The position numbers and the translations under genes were made by a program. Source: Vampirovibrionaceae bacterium NZW_1234 (GTDB lineage Bacteria > Cyanobacteriota > Vampirovibrionia > Vampirovibrionales > JAGQHJ01). From it: a stretch of 64,000 nucleotides of DNA. Where the stretch lies: contig JBGUGD010000004.1 of assembly GCA_041697335.1 (NCBI GenBank), positions 64,001 through 128,000 of the forward strand, written 5' to 3'. Shown here in pieces: positions 25,677 to 34,498 of this stretch. The first letter of the stretch is position 1, and the number at the start of each line of letters is the position of its first letter. The notes beneath the pieces were generated by a model. It saw only the letters and a list, made by a program, of their open reading frames with translations. It was not told the DNA's origin and searched no databases.

Positions 25677-26141
25677 CTAATGGGCAGCCACTGCTGCGGT
25701 CATAGCAGGCTTTCGCATCATTTTGCGGACTTCGCCAATGTGTTGCTCTTCTTCGGCAATCATACGGCGAGCATATTCTTCAAACATCACGGACTTGTCT
25801 TTCACCAAGTTCAGCAGCACCCGGTAGAGTTCCATTTGCATTTCCTCATGCTCCAGAGACTCTTCCAGAATATTGTAGATGTCGTGCTGGTGGGTTTCCA
25901 AGAGAGGCCCAATGCTTAAGGACGGGTGATCGTCCAGGTGTGTAATCAACTCACCGGCTTCTTGGCTATGACGCAGCGATTCTTCGGCTTGGCCACGGAG
26001 CCAGGAGGTGATAGGAATCCGATTAGGGCCATAGATCATCAACGAATAGTGAGTATAACGGACCACGCCAGCCAACTCGGTTTCCAGAATCTGATTGAGA
26101 ATATTGACGACTTTGGCTTGATCAAAGGAGTATTCGGGCAC
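25677..26141 (-). CDS. bfr: bacterioferritin / ferritin-like protein
   Basis: LNQILETELAGVVRY, EESLRH and EEEQH ferroxidase-type motifs. Confidence 0.85.
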   Translation of the reverse strand: MPEYSFDQAKVVNILNQILETELAGVVRYTHYSLMIYGPNRIPITSWLRGQAEESLRHSQEAGELITHLDDHPSLSIGPLLETHQHDIYNILEESLEHEEMQMELYRVLLNLVKDKSVMFEEYARRMIAEEEQHIGEVRKMMRKPAMTAAVAAH

Positions 26142-26269
26142 GATGGATTACCTCATGTGACTTCATTTTTAACCATCAACGATGTTATCTCCTTATTTAA
26201 ACATAGGTTGCGTAAGATGCGTATGCACAAAGCACAGGAATCCGTAATGCCTGAGGTGGAAAAGGGAAA

Positions 26270-26677
26270 TTAGCCTTGAAGCCAGAGCTTGCGTTTCTGT
26301 TTATCATCCGCCAGGCAACCATTACAACCCTTATGGCAACATGACTTGAGCGATTTGTCCTTAATCTCCAGTTCAATGCATGGCCCTAAGGCCGGGGTCA
26401 GAATCTCCTGAAGCCATCCTTTAAGTGCTTTCCAGTCCAGGGTTTTGGGTGCGTCTGTTGTGTCTAGCTTAAGAACCAATTTATTTTTTTTCGCTCGGAT
26501 GGTCCACAGGCGGACGCCCCAATCAGCTTTGAGCTTGTCTGGTGTCGCTCCGGATTGGATTAGGACTTGCTCAGCGAAGGCTTGTAATGTTTTTTTGTCT
26601 TTATCCTGACCAAATAAAGGTAAGTCAGGTTTGGAAGCCTTTGGGAATGAGGAAGATAAGATGGGTTTGGTATTCAT
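26270..26677 (-). CDS. hypothetical protein with C-terminal CCxxGCxxC motif
   Basis: ATG 26677 overlaps the upstream stop (ATGA); KSCCHKGCNGC. Confidence 0.7.
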   Translation of the reverse strand: MNTKPILSSSFPKASKPDLPLFGQDKDKKTLQAFAEQVLIQSGATPDKLKADWGVRLWTIRAKKNKLVLKLDTTDAPKTLDWKALKGWLQEILTPALGPCIELEIKDKSLKSCCHKGCNGCLADDKQKRKLWLQG

Positions 26678-28065
26678 GCCCAAGGACTCCGGGCTGAAGG
26701 GAGAGTATACGGTTGACCATAACTGCCATAGAATGCTGGAGACCATGTCGGGAGCGGTGAAAAGGCTCCCAAGGTGGGTTGAGAGAAGGATGTGTTTGAA
26801 GAGGCCACCCAGGCTGAAGAGGGCATGAAGGCAGGTATCCCCCATGACTGTTGTAGAGAATGGGGTCTTGCCTGTGTTTTGCGAGTATTGGCGGTTTCCA
26901 TTTCCAAGGGATCAGAAGCCTGAGCCAGTTGGGCAAACAGGGCTTCCAAGTTCGGTCCTGCATTCTGAGAGTCATTTTCTCCGGAGAAATTTGCAGTCTT
27001 CCTCAAGACGGCTTTTGGTTGGGTATCGGTGCCATTGCGATACCCAATGCCGGCACGATATCCGGAGACACTATATAAAAAGGCCAGTGCTGGAACAATC
27101 CACTTTAACCCGGCTAAAACGCCAACTGTGGCAACATCATCAATATGGAGACCGACATCCAGTAACTCCGGGTGTCGTTCGTCGTTGAGATTTTTAAAGA
27201 GGCTGCCGACACCATGTTTGGAAACGTTCTGTTTTAGTTCACCGAAAGTTTGGCTGAAGCCCTTGTCGAACAAGGGGTTAAAGAAATTTTTGCCAAAGAA
27301 GTTAGCAATGCTGCTTCCGCCAATGACCCCGAAGGCTGCAATGCCCACCATCATGCTGGCAACCCGAGCGAGCTTGTTTTTGCCAAAAGGGGTCTTTTCC
27401 AGTCCGAAAAGGCACAGAGCCGCTCCGACGTTACACAGTACGATGTTCGATAAATACTGATAAATCCCCTCTTTGGCCTGATTTTTGAATTCTTTTTTCC
27501 AGCGATCGCCATTGAGAACATTACCCAACACACCGCCTAAAACCCCACCTACCACTGGGAAAAAGCCGAGCATGGAAAGGTTCCAAATTTCCCGAAACAT
27601 TTTGGCAGCCCCTTCATTAACCGGAGGGGGGATAATGATGTTTATTAACTTGCTTTGCTGCGCTTTACCAAGGGGAGCGAAGTGCTTATAGAGTTGACCC
27701 ACTTCGCTGGGCTTGAGAATGCGGGTTTTTGATTTATTCAGCAAGGCGTCGAGTGCGGATGAGACGGTAATTTTTTGTTTAGTTAATAAGTCACGGACCG
27801 TTTTAGCAGCTCGGACGGCATTATGAGGTTCAAGAACAGCAAATTTTCGGGTGGCAAACAGGGCGGCCGCGACAGTGGCTGCCATGACGGAGCCAATTTT
27901 GATGAAGCGTTTTCGACGTTCGTCTGCAGGAGCTCTCAACGTTTCGTAGGCGACATACCCGGCCCCGGCTAAGGGAAGAAGGATAGGGGTTGCGCTGTTA
28001 AGGCGCCGCAATAAGAGCGGTTGGTCCAAGTATTTGGCGAAGGTATGAAGAGAGCTAACGTTCAT
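26674..28065 (-). CDS. uncharacterised multi-pass membrane protein
   Basis: Several Gly-rich hydrophobic helices; ERHPELLDVGLHIDD motif; low-complexity C-terminal tail. Confidence 0.8.
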   Translation of the reverse strand: MNVSSLHTFAKYLDQPLLLRRLNSATPILLPLAGAGYVAYETLRAPADERRKRFIKIGSVMAATVAAALFATRKFAVLEPHNAVRAAKTVRDLLTKQKITVSSALDALLNKSKTRILKPSEVGQLYKHFAPLGKAQQSKLINIIIPPPVNEGAAKMFREIWNLSMLGFFPVVGGVLGGVLGNVLNGDRWKKEFKNQAKEGIYQYLSNIVLCNVGAALCLFGLEKTPFGKNKLARVASMMVGIAAFGVIGGSSIANFFGKNFFNPLFDKGFSQTFGELKQNVSKHGVGSLFKNLNDERHPELLDVGLHIDDVATVGVLAGLKWIVPALAFLYSVSGYRAGIGYRNGTDTQPKAVLRKTANFSGENDSQNAGPNLEALFAQLAQASDPLEMETANTRKTQARPHSLQQSWGIPAFMPSSAWVASSNTSFSQPTLGAFSPLPTWSPAFYGSYGQPYTLPSARSPWA

Positions 28066-28211
28066 AATCCCTGCTGGTTTGGTGTTAATAGCGGGCTATA
28101 CTTGGCTCAGAAACAAGGAATGGGACAAATTGGTGATAAAGCAAGAATCGTAAAGAGAGAGTGAGAAGAACACGGTCTGAGCCAATCCTGAGGACGTCAG
28201 AATATCTCTAT

Positions 28212-28282
28212 TTGAGAATAATTCTCATAAAGCTTATGAGAATTATTCTCAATTGTCAAATTGTTATTGATAATGATTCTCA
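28212..28282. promoter_or_regulatory. three Fur-family-like 7-1-7 boxes
   Basis: TGAGAAT-A-ATTCTCA (28213), TGAGAAT-T-ATTCTCA (28237), TGATAAT-G-ATTCTCA (28268). Confidence 0.8.
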
Positions 28283-28388
28283 TTTTCACTTATCCTAGCC
28301 TTCAGTATGATGTGAATAAAGTCCGTAAAGATGGCGGGTTTCTGAGGAGACAAAAATCGATGCATCAACGTACGGGGAAGACACTTTG

Positions 28389-29000
28389 ATGAGCTTAGTT
28401 TCAACCACCACTCCCGGGGCTATGCTAAGACCAGTAAGGCCATCTATGCGGTTTTTAGGTCATGAGCGGCAATCTCACTATTTAAATAAGTTTCATACAT
28501 TTGACACAGGCAGCAGCGATGCCTTTAAACGGATTTACCAACTGGCCCATCACCCTCAAGGCCTGGGTTGGCACATTATTTTGGCCTATGTCGAAGCGGC
28601 CAAGCATCCGCCTCTTTTGCCTTTGGTCATTGAAAACTTTTCTCTTCAAGTATTGCTGTCCAAGGCTCGTCGGCGTAAAGATCAAAGTGTGATCGATACG
28701 ATCAAGGAACGCTTGGAAGACTTTCATGTGGCGACTGAAGCCTTTGTGACAGGCAGGCCCATTGAAGAAGTGGCAAAGAAGCGCCAAGAGGATGTTTTGG
28801 CCAAGACCAAACATGAACTTCCTTTTGACCCAGCAACGCTGCCCGAACGACTAGAGTTCAGTGAGGAAGAGCATCAACTCAAAAAAAGCTCGGTACGGAT
28901 TCTGACTAAGGTATTTCAAAAGATGCGCGCTAGTCTCATGCGGCGTTTTCCAGAGCAGCAACCTGAAAAGTCATCTGAAACCAAACCTCAACAAGCTTAA
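28389..29000 (+). CDS. hypothetical protein
   Basis: ~203-aa ORF divergent from the Fur-like boxes. Confidence 0.7.
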   Translation: MSLVSTTTPGAMLRPVRPSMRFLGHERQSHYLNKFHTFDTGSSDAFKRIYQLAHHPQGLGWHIILAYVEAAKHPPLLPLVIENFSLQVLLSKARRRKDQSVIDTIKERLEDFHVATEAFVTGRPIEEVAKKRQEDVLAKTKHELPFDPATLPERLEFSEEEHQLKKSSVRILTKVFQKMRASLMRRFPEQQPEKSSETKPQQA

Positions 29001-30133
29001 GCCGGATGAGGCTGTGGCTGAGATAAGGTTCTTTTTACCGCTTCAAAGACCTGGTCTGGTGTAATGGCCGCCATACAAGCCATAGTCCCTAAAGGGCACT
29101 CGGTTTGGTTACATGGTTGGCAATCCAAGGGCGGCGTAGCTGAAAGCAGAATACCTTGTTCATTGTACCGAGGGGGAGGGGTTCGTAAATATCCTGTAGC
29201 GCCATAGAGACCAATTAAGTGGGAGTATCCCATCGCTCCAGCCAGATGAAGGGGAGCACTGTCTGGTCCAATCAAGGTATGAAGTCGAAGGCATAAAGCT
29301 TTGAGCGTTGCCAGATCGGTTTTCCCGGTTAGGTTTTTCAGGCGGGTTTTATAGGCGGGATGTTGGCTTTCTATATCTGCAACAAGCTCTTGACTTCGTG
29401 CAACATCATTTGGCCCACCTAAAAGAACAATATTGGTATTGGATTCTTTCAGAAGTCGAAGGATGAGCACTTTCCAGTGGGAAAGAAGCCAATGCTTGCT
29501 TGCCCAGGTCGTTGCCGGCGCCATAGCGACGATAGGAGTATCCGGAGACCAGTCCGAAAGAAGGGATTGAGCTTGGGCCATGGTGGCCTCGGTTACAGGT
29601 AGGGTAGGGAAGGGTATAGTAGTGTTGACATCAGTGTTGCAGCCGGCGGCAAAGAGCAAGCGCTTGAAGTGTTGGAGGATAGGGACGCTTTGAGTAAAAA
29701 ATCCTTCAGGGGAGGCCACAGATTGGGTGTAGAACAAGCTTGCCATTTCTCTGGCGCTGGCAAACCCAATACGCTGAGAAGCGCCAGAAAGATAGGTCAT
29801 TAAGCCACTTTTAAACAGCCCCTGAAAGTCCAAGGCAAGATCATAATCTTGTTGTCGAAGCTCTGCTAAAAAGATGCCTATTTCCTGAAGGGTTTGTTTC
29901 CATAATCCAGGCCGAGACATCGATTTCAGCCATCGTTTCCGATGAGAGATGTGAATGACATCAATTTCGGCGATTCCTTCCAAAAGTACGGCGGCATCTG
30001 TCTCCACCATCCAGCCGATTTTTGCGTGGGGATAGCTTTCTCGGAGCAGGGGCAAGATGGGCAGGGTTTGGAGAACATCTCCTAACGCACTGAGACGAAC
30101 CACTAAAATCTTCTCAGGATACGCTTTCTGCAT
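28997..30133 (-). CDS. LPS heptosyltransferase (GT9, WaaC/WaaF-like)
   Basis: ILVVRLSALGDV, DFQGLFKS, WASKHW, DSAPLHLA. Confidence 0.92.
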   Translation of the reverse strand: MQKAYPEKILVVRLSALGDVLQTLPILPLLRESYPHAKIGWMVETDAAVLLEGIAEIDVIHISHRKRWLKSMSRPGLWKQTLQEIGIFLAELRQQDYDLALDFQGLFKSGLMTYLSGASQRIGFASAREMASLFYTQSVASPEGFFTQSVPILQHFKRLLFAAGCNTDVNTTIPFPTLPVTEATMAQAQSLLSDWSPDTPIVAMAPATTWASKHWLLSHWKVLILRLLKESNTNIVLLGGPNDVARSQELVADIESQHPAYKTRLKNLTGKTDLATLKALCLRLHTLIGPDSAPLHLAGAMGYSHLIGLYGATGYLRTPPPRYNEQGILLSATPPLDCQPCNQTECPLGTMACMAAITPDQVFEAVKRTLSQPQPHPA

Positions 30134-30226
30134 TAGTTTTGAATCGATAAACTTTTATATAATGAATTCATGGGGCTTTTGCAGGCCTATGCATTGCATA
30201 ATGCTTCTTCATTTTACGGAAGGTTT

Positions 30227-31573
30227 ATGCCAGGAATCAACTCGTCGACCTATATTTATTTGTTGGTACTGGGGTTATTAACCCTCATTGCCGTAGGAAT
30301 TGTTGTTGCGATTTTAAAAGTGCAGCAGGGCCGGTCCGGATCTGGCGTACCTCGTCTGAGTTATCGAGAGCATTTGAAGGAAGCGGATCAGCTTTATAAG
30401 CAATATCATTATGCCGAGGCACTGCAACACTATCTGGCCGCAATTCGAATTAGCAATAAAGACCACATGGTGCACTACCGTATTGGGCGAGTTTATATGA
30501 TGCTGAAGGATCTGTCGGGGGCTGAGCGTGCCTATTTAAACGTCTTACGCCTGGCACCTGATTTTAGCGAAGCCCTGTATGAACTGGCTCAAGTGTATTA
30601 TCGCCATAAAAACCCGAAAATCGCTCTCAGCTATGTTAATAAGCTTTTATTACAGAGTCCCTCCCATATTCCGGGGTTAAAGCTAAAAGCCCATATTTTG
30701 GCCGAGTTGGAAGAGTTTGATCAATCGGCGGCGCTCCTCAAAGAACTGGTTGAGCAGAATCCGAATAACGCCGATTTGGTACTCTTATTGGGATCGGTTT
30801 TGCACAAGGCTGGCAAATGGCAGGAAGCCCTGCAAACTTACCAGACCTTGTTGGATTCAGACCCCTCTGATTCAAAAAACGTTCGCTTCCAGATCTACCA
30901 AGTCTATGTGGATGAGGGAATGTTTGAGAAGGCTATCGCCACGCTCAATCAAATCTTGACGGAGGAAACCGGAACCATCAGTCAAACTAAGTTGCGGACG
31001 GAAATGGCGAACTGTTATTGCCGAAAAGCCGATGACTCATTTGAACGCGGTTTACTCAACGATGCGATGGAGTCTTATAACAAAGCGAAGGAGTGGGATG
31101 AAAACCACCAGGGCATTTATATGGGCTTAGGTAAGCTCTACTGTCAGCAGGAGGACTATGATAAGGCTTCAGAAGCCTATAAGCGGGTAATGGACCTTGG
31201 TGTCGCTGATGAATCCCTCTATCTAGAGATAGCGTCAATTTATGAGCGAATGGATCGCTTTGATGAGGCCATCTCCTATCTGAAATCAATAGAGCGCACC
31301 AACCCATCTGCCCAGATATTCTATTACCTGGGTACGTTGTATGGGTTAAAAGGGGATATGGAAAACTGTATCGATTATCTCAACAAGACTATTCATCGTT
31401 CGCCCCGTTTTGTTGACGCCTATTACAACCTAGGTGTTGCTTATGAGCAACACAAGCGTATTAAAGAGGCCATCAACATGTACAAAAAAGTCTTAGAGCT
31501 CGACAGCAGCCACGAAGAGGCTAAGGCCAATCTCAAGTTTCTCAAGTCAAAGCAATACAAGCCCTCAGTCTAA
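30227..31573 (+). CDS. membrane-anchored TPR protein
   Basis: N-terminal TM helix then multiple TPRs (e.g. DAYYNLGVAY); start 30227 chosen for its RBS. Confidence 0.88.
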   Translation: MPGINSSTYIYLLVLGLLTLIAVGIVVAILKVQQGRSGSGVPRLSYREHLKEADQLYKQYHYAEALQHYLAAIRISNKDHMVHYRIGRVYMMLKDLSGAERAYLNVLRLAPDFSEALYELAQVYYRHKNPKIALSYVNKLLLQSPSHIPGLKLKAHILAELEEFDQSAALLKELVEQNPNNADLVLLLGSVLHKAGKWQEALQTYQTLLDSDPSDSKNVRFQIYQVYVDEGMFEKAIATLNQILTEETGTISQTKLRTEMANCYCRKADDSFERGLLNDAMESYNKAKEWDENHQGIYMGLGKLYCQQEDYDKASEAYKRVMDLGVADESLYLEIASIYERMDRFDEAISYLKSIERTNPSAQIFYYLGTLYGLKGDMENCIDYLNKTIHRSPRFVDAYYNLGVAYEQHKRIKEAINMYKKVLELDSSHEEAKANLKFLKSKQYKPSV

Positions 31574-34446
31574 GCTGAAATGGCCTGGATGCAATGCTCA
31601 CAGATTTCTGGATGTGCCGGTGTCTTGCCAACCGAGGGTAGGTATTTCCAGCATCGGATGCATTTTGCACCTACCGCTTTTGTGACATAGACTTGAACTG
31701 GCGTATCTGTTCCAATTCCAGAAGAGCCAATTACACTCTCTGGTGGGGATGAGGCTAGTTTGACACCAGAGGTAATGAACAATGTCGCCAGCTCTGAGAG
31801 CGGGATGTGTTGGAGTAAGCTGGCTTGGGGCTCTACCAGAGCAACCAACGTGATTTCAGCTTCCAGTGAACTGCCAATGGTCCCTTCGGAACGAGGCTTT
31901 TCCAGGGCCAAGTTCACCATTTCCTTCAGTTGCATTAACTGTTTAAAGTCATTCTCAACGGCCAGATTCATCATTTGAGCATTGACCGTGGGCCATGGGG
32001 CCATCAGGATGCTTAAAGGTGGGGTCTCCGCACCGAAGGAAGGTTTGTGTGTATCGGGAATGTTGAGCCAGATATCTTCAGCCAAGTGAGGCATCACCGG
32101 TACCAACATCGGAGTCAAGGTACTGAGCAAGTGATGCAGGACGGTTTGAACCCCTTGGCGCTCTAGAGATTTCTTGCCCGAAGTGTAGAGAATGTCCTTG
32201 GTTACATCGAAGTAGAGGGAGCTCAATTCGGTGACGCAGAAATTTTGAAGCACCTGATAATAATGGTGAAACTCATAAGTATCAAAGGCCTCGGTCAAAG
32301 CCTCAACCACCTGCTGCAAGCGATGCAGAATGTACTGATCCAAGCGGGAGAGTTGCTCGTAGGGCACCAGATCCGTTTGAGCATTAAATTCCGAAAGATT
32401 TCCCAGGATAAAGCGGATGGTATTTCTCACTTTTCGGTAGACTTCGGTAAGTTGGTTGATGATTTCCTTGCCAATCCGAACGTCATTGGTGTAGTCAACA
32501 CTGGCCACCCAAAGCCGCAGAACATCAGCCCCCAGTTGCTGGATAACATCCAGAGGGTCAACGACATTGCCAAGGCTTTTGCTCATCTTGCGCCCATCCT
32601 GATCCAGGACAAAGCCATGGGTTAAGACACTTTTATAGGGACGTTCACCCCGAACGGCAACACTGGTTAGCAAGGCCGACTGGAACCACCCCCGGTGTTG
32701 ATCGGAGCCTTCCAGATAAAGCTCTACAGGCAGATGGCCAAGCTCCTCAGAACGGGCTTCAACCACAGCTGTATGCGTTACGCCACTGTCAAACCAGACA
32801 TCCATGATGTCCATTTCTTTTTCAAACTCACCATGGCCACACTGACTGCAGGTATAATCCTTGCCTAGAAGAGTTGCCGCATCGTACGCCCACCAGGAGT
32901 CGGATGTCTCTGCTTCAAATCGAGTCGCAACGGTATCAATGATGGCCTCGTTCACTAGGGGTTCACGGCATTGGGTGCAATAAAACACCGGGATGGGGAC
33001 GCCCCAGACCCGCTGACGGCTAATACACCAATCCGAACGGTTTTCGACCATGCTGGTAATCCGGTGCTCACCTCGGGCTGGGACCCAGGCGACTTTCTTG
33101 ATTTCTTCCAGTGCCTTTTGACGGAACCCATCCACGCTGATGAACCATTGCTCCGTTGCCCGAAAGATGACCGGGTTGTGGCATCGCCAGCAATGCGGGT
33201 AGCTGTGATTAATCTTGGAGGCACCCAAAAGGGCTTTGGCTTCATCGAGGGCTTCAATCACAACAGGATTAGCTTTTTCATAGAAGAGCCCTGCAAATCG
33301 TTCGCCTGCTTCTGCGGTGAAGACCCCACGATTATCAACCGGCGATAAAATGCCGAGATTGTACTTCTGACCGACAAGGTAGTCGTCATGCCCGTGGCCA
33401 GGAGCGGTATGGACCACACCGGTTCCTGCATCAGCCGTAACATGGTCGCCTAAAACCGTCCGGCTGGGCCGATCGTAGAGAGGGTGTCTTGCCTTTAGAT
33501 TTTCTAGGGTTGTTCCTGGCGTTTTAAAGATAATTTCGTAGTTTTCCAAGCCTGTTTTTTGCGCAAAGTCTTCCAGAAGGGCTTCGGCTAGAATTAATGT
33601 GCCCCAATGAGCAGTCTTTACAAAGACGTAGGTCATCTCAGGGTTCAAGGCCAGGCCCAGATTCGCCGGAATGGTCCAGGGAGTTGTTGTCCAAATCACG
33701 AAGTAGGTGTCCGGCCAGTCTCGGTTGACTTGAGCAGGAAAGTCCGGTGAAGAGAACTCCCATGCTTGAAATCGGATATAAATGCTGTTGGAGGTATGGT
33801 CCTGATACTCCACTTCAGCGTCTGCCAATGCGGTTTCGCAGTGAGAACACCAGTAAACAGGTTTGAGTCCTTTGTATACGTAGCCTTGTTCGTACATTTT
33901 TCCGAACAAGCGAATTTGGGTGGCTTCAAAAGGGCCATCAATGGTGACGTAAGGCTGAGACCAATTTCCCCAGACTCCAAGGCGTTTGAAGTTATTTTCT
34001 TGACCTTGCAGGTTTTTCAAGGCAAAAGCTCGGCACTGCTTGCGAAGTTCCACCTCGGAAACAGCAGATCTTCCTCCTTTGATGGATTTTACGACAGCAT
34101 TTTCAATGGGCAACCCGTGGCCGTCATACCCAGGAACATAGGGTGAGTAAAACCCTTGCTGGGATTTGTATTTTGTCACAATATCTTTCAAAATCTTATT
34201 CAGGGCGGTACCAATGTGGATCTTGTCAGAACTCAGGTACGGTGGGCCGTCATGAAGGAGAAAGCGCTTGGACTTATCGTGTTTGGCCTGGACTTTTTCG
34301 TAAACCTGATGCTCTTCCCAAAACTGCTCCAGTTCAGGTTCACGGGTGGCCGCGCCGGCTTTCATTTTAAAATTGGTCTGAGGCAGGTTGAGGGTGTCTT
34401 TATAATCCACAGGAGTGTTCGAGGGGGCAGAAGAACTTTGCGACAT
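31570..34446 (-). CDS. ileS: isoleucine-tRNA ligase
   Basis: LHDGPPY, HIGT, WTTTPWT, EGSDQHRGWF, KMSKS, C-terminal Zn finger. Confidence 0.99.
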   Translation of the reverse strand: MSQSSSAPSNTPVDYKDTLNLPQTNFKMKAGAATREPELEQFWEEHQVYEKVQAKHDKSKRFLLHDGPPYLSSDKIHIGTALNKILKDIVTKYKSQQGFYSPYVPGYDGHGLPIENAVVKSIKGGRSAVSEVELRKQCRAFALKNLQGQENNFKRLGVWGNWSQPYVTIDGPFEATQIRLFGKMYEQGYVYKGLKPVYWCSHCETALADAEVEYQDHTSNSIYIRFQAWEFSSPDFPAQVNRDWPDTYFVIWTTTPWTIPANLGLALNPEMTYVFVKTAHWGTLILAEALLEDFAQKTGLENYEIIFKTPGTTLENLKARHPLYDRPSRTVLGDHVTADAGTGVVHTAPGHGHDDYLVGQKYNLGILSPVDNRGVFTAEAGERFAGLFYEKANPVVIEALDEAKALLGASKINHSYPHCWRCHNPVIFRATEQWFISVDGFRQKALEEIKKVAWVPARGEHRITSMVENRSDWCISRQRVWGVPIPVFYCTQCREPLVNEAIIDTVATRFEAETSDSWWAYDAATLLGKDYTCSQCGHGEFEKEMDIMDVWFDSGVTHTAVVEARSEELGHLPVELYLEGSDQHRGWFQSALLTSVAVRGERPYKSVLTHGFVLDQDGRKMSKSLGNVVDPLDVIQQLGADVLRLWVASVDYTNDVRIGKEIINQLTEVYRKVRNTIRFILGNLSEFNAQTDLVPYEQLSRLDQYILHRLQQVVEALTEAFDTYEFHHYYQVLQNFCVTELSSLYFDVTKDILYTSGKKSLERQGVQTVLHHLLSTLTPMLVPVMPHLAEDIWLNIPDTHKPSFGAETPPLSILMAPWPTVNAQMMNLAVENDFKQLMQLKEMVNLALEKPRSEGTIGSSLEAEITLVALVEPQASLLQHIPLSELATLFITSGVKLASSPPESVIGSSGIGTDTPVQVYVTKAVGAKCIRCWKYLPSVGKTPAHPEICEHCIQAISA

Positions 34447-34498
34447 CAGCGTCCCGTCCTAATCAATACTGAGTACTCATCCCATTATTGAACTGGAA

